Shown: one piece after another, positions 57,625 to 64,000 of the stretch | Layout of the letters: every line of letters begins with the position of its first letter | Numbering within the stretch: the first letter of the stretch is position 1 | Virus record (IMG/VR): IMGVR_UViG_3300047444_000577 | Span: 34,441 to 98,440 of that record | DNA: 64,000 nucleotides | DNA from: a virus | Reading direction: 5' to 3' (one strand) | Notes under the pieces: generated by a model | What the model was told of the DNA's origin: nothing | Databases searched by the model: none | The model's input: the letters and a program-made list of their open reading frames with translations, nothing else | Program-made: the position numbers and the translations under genes

Positions 57625-58057
57625 GTTCGTCCTCCGGGTATGCGTCGTAGTCGTCGTAGTCGTAGCCCTCGGGTTCGTCGCCCTGGGCCATCTGGTCGCG
57701 GTACCGCTCCAGGGCGGAGAGGGTGACGTCCGGGTCGAAAAGCACGGATGAGTCTTCCACGCCCAGCAGTTCGCCCGCCCGCTCCTCCACGCTGGCCTTG
57801 TGGGCCTCGGTATGAAGCGGCTGCGGGGCCAGTCCCGAGAGGATCAGAACCTGCTCGGCCAACTGGCGGGAGAGCGCCTTCGAGACGACCTGGATGTAGG
57901 GATGGTGCTCACCGCCGACGAACTCCGGGGCGGCCTCTTCGGTGTCGCGCAGTGCCTCTATCGCCTGCGTGAGCAGTTCGACGTTGTAGTGACTCACGTG
58001 TCCTCCTGATGTGGGGATCATATGTTCGCTATCGGTTCCGAACCGATACTCAGACAC
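57617..58057 (-). CDS. Hypothetical protein (true start probably near 57996)
   Basis: RBS AGGAGG before GTG AGT CAC. Confidence 0.55.
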   Translation of the reverse strand: MSEYRFGTDSEHMIPTSGGHVSHYNVELLTQAIEALRDTEEAAPEFVGGEHHPYIQVVSKALSRQLAEQVLILSGLAPQPLHTEAHKASVEERAGELLGVEDSSVLFDPDVTLSALERYRDQMAQGDEPEGYDYDDYDAYPEDELV

Positions 58058-58097
58058 TATCGAGCACCGATGCGCAACGTCAAGTCATTCTGTGGAT

Positions 58098-58451
58098 CTA
58101 CTTGCTCTTGCCCCAGAAGGAGCCGACCTTCGCTGCGTCGTAATCCTTGTGGGACACGCAGACGGAGCCGGTGTGCTTACCGTCCTGCAGGTCCAACTCC
58201 CAGCACTCGGGATCGGTCTGCTTCGTGGGTGTCCACATCACGATGTACTGATGGCAGGACGTCGTCGTGCCAGACTGCGTGCACGTCGTGCCGTAAACCG
58301 GCAGCCACTCGGTGTAGTGCGACTCCGGGGTGTACTTCTTGCCGGTCACCAGACCCTGCGTGACATCGGTGCCGCAGGCGGCCAGCCCGAGCATTGCCAG
58401 TCCGACCAGGCCGCCAGCGACTACTCGACGAATCTTCATGTCACTTCTCAC
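58098..58451 (-). CDS. Lipoprotein
   Basis: Signal peptide with an LAAC lipobox. Confidence 0.7.
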   Translation of the reverse strand: MRSDMKIRRVVAGGLVGLAMLGLAACGTDVTQGLVTGKKYTPESHYTEWLPVYGTTCTQSGTTTSCHQYIVMWTPTKQTDPECWELDLQDGKHTGSVCVSHKDYDAAKVGSFWGKSK

Positions 58452-58735
58452 TTCTTCTCTGCGACGTAGCGGGCGTGCGCCTCGACGAAGCGTGCGTATG
58501 CGCCTTCCACCAGCACCGCGTCGCCGTACGACGGCCAGGTGAATCCCAGGACCCCCGCCACGGCGTCGATCAGCGCCTCGCGGACGACCGTGTCCCCCCA
58601 GCCGTAGTCGAGGGCTTCTGCAGCCAGGTCGGGGCGCAGGGTCATCGCGGCGTCCAGGACGCTCCTGTGCACCACGAAGTCACCCAGGTAGTAGTCACTC
58701 AGCGTCTCCTGCAACTGCTGGTGATAGAAGGGCAC
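58448..58735 (-). CDS. Hypothetical protein
   Basis: RBS AAAGGA. Confidence 0.55.
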   Translation of the reverse strand: MPFYHQQLQETLSDYYLGDFVVHRSVLDAAMTLRPDLAAEALDYGWGDTVVREALIDAVAGVLGFTWPSYGDAVLVEGAYARFVEAHARYVAEKK

Positions 58736-58920
58736 GCCAGTCCTTTGCTATTGATTCCGAATCGGTACTCGTGAAGCGTAGCAACTCTCCCCGATCCGCA
58801 CAACCCATTGTCAATCAACCCTTCGGAGTGGCTTGCGAGGGACGGCACGACAAAGCCCCCCACCTTGTCCTGCAGGTGAGGGGCTGCTGTATTACGGAGA
58901 AACTTCCAGGTCAGCGGCTA

Positions 58921-59160
58921 TCAGCGCACGTCGTAAGGCAGGCCGAGGGAGGGTTGTTCCGAACCGCGACACCGAGTGTAGGGCGCGCTGTTGTGCACCC
59001 GAACGCAGTTGTCCTTCCGTAGTACTGGGTTCGTCTCACACGCCCGGCAGATACCGCGCGGAGGACCGGCCCAGCCCTTCGCCTTCTGCTCGGCGTACGA
59101 CGCCACGACGTAGTACTTGCCGGAAGGACCGTACTCCCCGTGGTCGGCGGGCTTGCTCAT
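58921..59160 (-). CDS. Small Cys-rich hypothetical protein
   Basis: CRAC...H...C. Confidence 0.5.
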   Translation of the reverse strand: MSKPADHGEYGPSGKYYVVASYAEQKAKGWAGPPRGICRACETNPVLRKDNCVRVHNSAPYTRCRGSEQPSLGLPYDVR

Positions 59161-59537
59161 CCCTCGGCCCCAGCGTCGTCGAGCAACTTGAGCACGGCCT
59201 CCAGCACGGCGGTCGGCTGCTTCTCGGAGCGCCAGTTGTACTCGAATCCGTGCTTGCGAAGTCTCTCCGTCAGGCTCTCTCGCTGCTTCTCGTCCGCCAC
59301 GGCCTCCCGCGTCATCAACTGCGAGTGCCCGTAGCCGTCGTTGCGGTAGCCACCTTCGATCTTGTACGTGTGCGTCTTGCCGTCCGGGTGCGCCTCCATC
59401 TGCGGGATATGAACCAGCGTGCGACCGACCTTGACGATCGTCACCTCACGAGGAACCTGGTCCCTCTCGCGCTGGCCGCCCGTCCGAACGAACAGCAGCA
59501 CCTTGTCCCCGGCCTTGACGCCGTCCAGGCTGCTCAT
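59157..59537 (-). CDS. Hypothetical beta-barrel protein
   Basis: VKAGDKV...VTIVKVGRTLVHI. Confidence 0.55.
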   Translation of the reverse strand: MSSLDGVKAGDKVLLFVRTGGQRERDQVPREVTIVKVGRTLVHIPQMEAHPDGKTHTYKIEGGYRNDGYGHSQLMTREAVADEKQRESLTERLRKHGFEYNWRSEKQPTAVLEAVLKLLDDAGAEG

Positions 59538-59785
59538 CCTTGTTCCTCCTTGATGTACACGTCCGCCACCTCGCGCATGGCGTCCAACCGAGCGGCAGCC
59601 TGCGCGAGCTGCTGGGCGTACTGGGCGAGACGGGCAGCCTCTCCCGCGACCATGCCGACGCGGATGCTCGGCCCCGCGAACTGGGTAGCGATCTGCGCCA
59701 CGCTCATGGCGTCCCGTTCGAGGGCGCTCAGCGCGCTTGCGATCTGCCGACTGATGAGCCCGTCGGCCAGCGGGTCGTTGCTCAT
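59534..59785 (-). CDS. Hypothetical protein
   Basis: ATGA coupling. Confidence 0.55.
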   Translation of the reverse strand: MSNDPLADGLISRQIASALSALERDAMSVAQIATQFAGPSIRVGMVAGEAARLAQYAQQLAQAAARLDAMREVADVYIKEEQG

Positions 59786-60243
59786 GCACTGCCACCCTTC
59801 CCGGACACCGAGTCGAGCGCGTCGGCCACGTCGATCAGCTTGTCCTGCAGCTCACCCCAGATCTGCTCGCGGTCCTCGGCCGCCAGGTCCCGGTCGTCGA
59901 GGGAACTCTCGTACTCGTCGACCACCTCGGTCAGCGCCTCGACCGCGCCGTCCAGGTCGGGGGTCTCCTCCTCGGAGATGCTGAGCATCCCCCGGAACGT
60001 CTCGATCGCGGCCTGGCGCTTCGCGTGCTCGGCATCGTCGATGACGGCATGATCGCGCAGGTCGTCGAGCGCATCAACCATCTCGTCGAGGTTGTCAGTA
60101 AGCGTCTCGACGGCCGAGGTATAGGTGGAGGTCTTCTCCCTGATCTCCTCCAGCTCACCGAGGACGTTGTCCCTGACGTCGTCCAGGTTCGCCCGGCTGC
60201 GCTTCCGCTTGGCCATCTTGCGCAACGTGTCGCTGTCGATCAC
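59782..60243 (-). CDS. Acidic helical hypothetical protein
   Basis: RBS GGGAG; D/E-rich. Confidence 0.6.
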   Translation of the reverse strand: MIDSDTLRKMAKRKRSRANLDDVRDNVLGELEEIREKTSTYTSAVETLTDNLDEMVDALDDLRDHAVIDDAEHAKRQAAIETFRGMLSISEEETPDLDGAVEALTEVVDEYESSLDDRDLAAEDREQIWGELQDKLIDVADALDSVSGKGGSA

Positions 60244-60349
60244 TGCCGCTCCCTCGATCTCGTATCAGTCATCCTGCCAGGGGGACCGGCCAGCCCATAC
60301 GTAGACCGGTCCCCCGCCCCGATTTCAATTCGACGAAATGGTCCTGCTG

Positions 60350-61090
60350 CTAGTGGACCGGGATCACGCAGAGGACCGTACGCACGCCGGTCCCCGACTC
60401 CTTGAAGGCGTCATCCGGCAGCAGGTCGAAGTAGCCGCCCGCGTCCTCCACCCGGAGCCGGAACGCGACCGTGTCCCGGTTGCTGCGGAAGCCGACCCCG
60501 TTCGCCATCACGGACACGAGCCGACCTCCCGGCTTCACGAACTGCAGCGCGTGCAGGACGTGCCTGATGTCGGCCTGCTTCCCGAACGGCGGGTTCATGA
60601 CCACCCGGTCGTACAGGGGCCCCTGCGGCGAGACTGAAAGGAAGTCGCCCGCAGTCACCGACCGGCAGTGCCCGGTGTCGACCAGCTCCTTGACGAACGG
60701 CTCATGCTGCTCGATCGCGTCGACGACCGCCCGCTGCGAGATCACGTTCACCAGCGCACCCCTACCCGCCGACGGCTCCAGCACGGTCATCCCGCAGTAG
60801 ACGTCGCCGTAGTCGAGCATCTTCAGCCCGATCCACTCCGGCGTGGGGAAGTAGTTCAGGTCCTGCACCGTGGTGACCTCACCGGTCAGCAGGACCTGCT
60901 CGATCCGCTCGGCCGCGACGCCCTCGAACAGGTGGGCCTTCGCGCCCCGGTTCCACTTGCCTCCGGCCGCGACCAGCACCTGGTTCACGGCCTCGTACAT
61001 CTTGCGGTCGAGCTGCCCCACCAGGACCAGCTTCCCGCCGTCGCAGTGCGCCCTGGCCAGCACAGCCATGACGTCCTCGGCGACCTTCAC
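60350..61090 (-). CDS. N6-adenine DNA methyltransferase-like protein
   Basis: YFPTP, VLEPSAGRG (motif I), VVMNPPF (motif IV), FKESGT. Confidence 0.85.
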   Translation of the reverse strand: MKVAEDVMAVLARAHCDGGKLVLVGQLDRKMYEAVNQVLVAAGGKWNRGAKAHLFEGVAAERIEQVLLTGEVTTVQDLNYFPTPEWIGLKMLDYGDVYCGMTVLEPSAGRGALVNVISQRAVVDAIEQHEPFVKELVDTGHCRSVTAGDFLSVSPQGPLYDRVVMNPPFGKQADIRHVLHALQFVKPGGRLVSVMANGVGFRSNRDTVAFRLRVEDAGGYFDLLPDDAFKESGTGVRTVLCVIPVH

Positions 61091-61458
61091 ACGACCCCTC
61101 GCGCTTCCTCGTTGATGTGGATCTCGTTGTCCTCGCGCAGGCCGCAGAACATGCAGCCCGCATCCATCCCCCACGTCAGGTACTCGTCGTACTCGTGGGG
61201 GATCTGCTGCCACGACTCGATCGGGTCACCGAACGTGGGCGCGCGTACTGCGTTCGGCATCCCGATGAACTCCGCCGACAGTCGCTCGATCGCGTCCGGT
61301 GGCCCCCACACGCTGACGCCGCCTTCGAACAGGACCAGCCGCCAGCTCTTGCGCTCGCCGGTCGGGTCGTATCGCGACCAGTCCCGGTCCACGATGCCGA
61401 CCAACCCACTCCAGCGGACCAGGTCCTCGAAGCAGGCCGTCGGGCAGTGCTTGCTCAC
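61087..61458 (-). CDS. Hypothetical protein
   Basis: Coupled to the methyltransferase gene. Confidence 0.5.
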   Translation of the reverse strand: MSKHCPTACFEDLVRWSGLVGIVDRDWSRYDPTGERKSWRLVLFEGGVSVWGPPDAIERLSAEFIGMPNAVRAPTFGDPIESWQQIPHEYDEYLTWGMDAGCMFCGLREDNEIHINEEARGVV

Positions 61459-61494
61459 TAGCTCGACCTCAATTCGTCGATTTGGGCCGGTAGT

Positions 61495-61695
61495 TCAGTT
61501 CGCCAGCTCGTACGCCGAGTACCACCGGGTCGGGCAGGTCACGCAGTGGAACGTCAGGCCGATCGTCTTGCCGCCGACGTTGCGCGCACCCACCGGCTTG
61601 ACCGGCTCCTTGTCCGTGCACTCCGGGTTGGGGCACTCCTCGGTCGGCCACTCGTCCTCGGTGAACGGCTCGCACTTGGGCTCACACACGCACAC
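61495..61695 (-). CDS. Small Zn-ribbon protein
   Basis: Multiple CxxC-type motifs. Confidence 0.45.
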   Translation of the reverse strand: MCVCEPKCEPFTEDEWPTEECPNPECTDKEPVKPVGARNVGGKTIGLTFHCVTCPTRWYSAYELAN

Positions 61696-61850
61696 TCTGT
61701 ACCCCTACTCACCGAATCGGTATCTCCGAACCGGTATGACTGAATACTATCCTCACCAGTCAAGCGCGTCAAGCCACTTCGCGAAATCGCTTGCACCCAT
61801 GGCATGGCGAAGCCCCCGACAGCCGAAGCCATCGGGGGCGTGCTCGCGCT

Positions 61851-62051
61851 CTAGCTCACTGCATCAACGAATGCGTCGTAGGACGCCGTAGTACTGAACC
61901 GCACATGCGCCCGGTCCGCGACCAACGGCTGCAGCAGCTCCCGCAGCGTCTTGATCTCCTCAGCCTGCTCCGGCGTTGGCACCTCGAACCGGCGCAGGTA
62001 CTTCAGTCGCTTGCGCTGCTCCGTGTAGTCCTCCGCACGGATGTAGGGCAC
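61851..62051 (-). CDS. Hypothetical protein
   Basis: Coupled ORF. Confidence 0.45.
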   Translation of the reverse strand: MPYIRAEDYTEQRKRLKYLRRFEVPTPEQAEEIKTLRELLQPLVADRAHVRFSTTASYDAFVDAVS

Positions 62052-62269
62052 TAGATCAGCCCCTTCTCCCAGAGCGAATCCACCAAATCGGCCAGGTCCC
62101 GCTTGCCGTCCTCCTGGGGGAAGGGCCGCATCCTTGGGGGCGAGATCACCATGCGACCGGTGCGCTGCCCCAGCGAAGTCGGCCGCTCGGCCTCACCGAA
62201 CAGTTCACGGAAGGCTTCAGCCTTGGCCTCCCGCCGCAGCGCTGACTCCTCCATCTCCCGCCAGTCCAT
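62051..62269 (-). CDS. Hypothetical protein
   Basis: Coupled ORF, RBS GGGAG. Confidence 0.5.
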   Translation of the reverse strand: MDWREMEESALRREAKAEAFRELFGEAERPTSLGQRTGRMVISPPRMRPFPQEDGKRDLADLVDSLWEKGLI

Positions 62270-62922
62270 CAGCTCCCACCCTCCTCGGCCTGCCGCGCGT
62301 TGAGGTGCATCTGCCAGATCTCGTCATCCGTCATCACGACAGCCGGTTCATCCGCCTGCTCGGCAAGCCCATCGACGCCGTTGAGTGTCCGCACCAGCTC
62401 ATCGGCGGTCGCCCGCAGCGTCGCCGCGATGTGCCGGTAGTCGCGCTGCTTGGTGTGCCGGTACGCCACCTCGGCAGCGTGCTGCGCATCCCGCACCTGC
62501 TCGATCGCCCACACCGCACCCGCGCGCTCCGACACCTCAAACGGTGACCTTTCGTCGACCTGCTCGACCCGAGCCAGCGAATTCGTCGAAATTCCGTTGG
62601 CCCGGTCGGTCCAGTGCTGGCAGATCTCCCGAATCCAGTCCGGTGCCACGCTGCCCGGCTCCAGCGGGTCCATGAACTGCACGGCGTAGTCTCGCTTCGT
62701 GACCACCTTGCCGTCCTTGACCTTCGGACCCGTCGCACCGACGGATGCTACCTCCCACGCACCCGTCTCCACGTTCGGCATGATGTTTAGACCGAGCGCC
62801 GTCGGACGCACCGTTCCGAAACTCGGCACCTCCGGGTTCGACGTGTCTGGTGCCGCTGTCGTCAAGTCCATGGGGATATTCCAACTTGCGTGTCCCCGGA
62901 CCGTGTACTCGACCTTGTCCAT
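62269..62922 (-). CDS. Hypothetical protein
   Basis: RBS GGGGAG; TTGACG-18-TAGAGT promoter upstream. Confidence 0.6.
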   Translation of the reverse strand: MDKVEYTVRGHASWNIPMDLTTAAPDTSNPEVPSFGTVRPTALGLNIMPNVETGAWEVASVGATGPKVKDGKVVTKRDYAVQFMDPLEPGSVAPDWIREICQHWTDRANGISTNSLARVEQVDERSPFEVSERAGAVWAIEQVRDAQHAAEVAYRHTKQRDYRHIAATLRATADELVRTLNGVDGLAEQADEPAVVMTDDEIWQMHLNARQAEEGGS

Positions 62923-62958
62923 CGACTCCCCTAGCGAATTCCGAATCGGTATGCCCGA

Positions 62959-62988
62959 ACTCTATCTAGCTCCCTCGGTTGGCGTCAA
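62959..62988 (-). promoter_or_regulatory. Sigma70/HrdB-type promoter
   Basis: TTGACG-N18-TAGAGT; similar promoters near 61744-61772 and 58054-58083. Confidence 0.6.
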
Positions 62989-63734
62989 GCCCCTTCGCAA
63001 ATCCCCTTGCTCCCCCATCCCCGTTCCCCAAATCCCCGTATTCCCCGGCCACTGTGACACTGTCCCGAACCGATAGTCGTCGTGCTGCGCGAGTTACCAG
63101 GCCCCAATTGTTTGAAATTATGCATTTAAGGGTGGGGGGTCCGTATATATATTCATTTCGCAGCACACTTGACAGCCATTTGTCCAATCGGACATAGCGG
63201 GCACTATCAAGGCATCGCGCTTCCTATCAGTATCTGCACCCTTGACTCTAGGAGTGAGCTGCGTCACATTCCCTGTCCATGCATATGCGAGCCCGAGAGT
63301 CAACAGTTTCACACGATGAATATTATGCATGGCAATTCGCCTTTATTCACGGTAGGCCACTGCCTTTATTGCCCAATTGAAAGGCTGACAATGTGCCCCG
63401 GAAATGGAGTATGGGGCTGGGAGTTGTAGCAACTCGACAATGCCGGGGTGCAATACAGGGATATCAATACCCGCTATTGCATGGGGAGCGTGCAGCCGGG
63501 CGACAGCATGCCAGGGGGAGCGTGTGTGTCTCTCTTCTATGTGTTGTCAGCATGCTTGGAAGGCCTCTCCCGCGCGCGCGAAATGGCGACGGGGGTGTGT
63601 CTGCCAGGGTGGTCCGTCGGCACGCTGTACGCACGTGTGTGGCTCTGTGTATGGGCAGGCATGCAGAAACCCCCCACCGGCCCGGTATTCGGGTCTGTGG
63701 GGGGTGCTATGAGCGGTAGGTCAGTGATGCAGGC

Positions 63735-63920
63735 TCACCACGTGGGAGCGTTAGACCAGGCACACGCCTTATCCGGGTGAATCCAGCCGATCCGGCCGTC
63801 CGCGTCCTTGACCTCAATCAAGCCGTGCGCGGTATAGCGCTTCACCGTGACGCGCTCCCTGCCGGACGCGCTTCCGTCATAGATGGACTGTCCGCGCTTG
63901 AACTTCCGTGCCTGCGGCAT
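63735..63920 (-). CDS. Small SH3-like hypothetical protein
   Basis: RBS AGGAGGAG; followed by a hairpin at 63667-63704. Confidence 0.6.
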   Translation of the reverse strand: MPQARKFKRGQSIYDGSASGRERVTVKRYTAHGLIEVKDADGRIGWIHPDKACAWSNAPTW

Positions 63921-64000
63921 GGTGTGCTCCTCCTGATGTGGGGTGCTGAGTGGTGAGCGGTAGGTCAGACAGTGAGCGGCGTACGCGCGTGGAACTCAGA

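Noticed and set aside
1-64000. CRISPR array, DGR or retron
   Set aside because: No regularly spaced repeats, reverse transcriptase motifs or TR/VR pair were seen

Overview
The window is almost entirely a high-GC actinobacterial (Streptomyces-like) temperate myophage or prophage, with most genes on the minus strand. 1-29.3 kb is the virion module: terminase, portal, scaffold, major capsid, head-tail joining proteins, sheath, tube, tape measure with NlpC/P60 and lytic transglycosylase domains, baseplate, spike and fibres. 30-33.7 kb holds divergent tyrosine and large serine recombinases. 34-64 kb is accessory and early genes, including three tRNAs, Lsr2, a HicA-like gene, an AcrVA2-like gene, MazG, a phosphoesterase, a PNKP-type phosphatase, a nucleotidyltransferase, a methyltransferase and an XRE/DUF397/JmjC island. 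Main observations: (1) four ORF-less group I introns interrupt essential structural genes, three in the major capsid gene and one in the tail tube gene; splice sites, P1/P10 pairings and the restored reading frames can be read directly. (2) A secreted 71-aa pro-peptide with a twice-repeated DSTWF motif lies head-to-head with a PLD/TrmB-like sensor plus LuxR-HTH regulator, a candidate peptide communication system. (3) The 8-mer CTTCATAC occurs at least 14 times, always on the coding strand. (4) A GAAYCGRTA operator-like motif recurs at early promoters. (5) A c-di-AMP-type riboswitch precedes a LysM-NlpC/P60 hydrolase. (6) The tail chaperone has a probable +1 frameshift. All family assignments are from motif recognition by eye; no database search was run.
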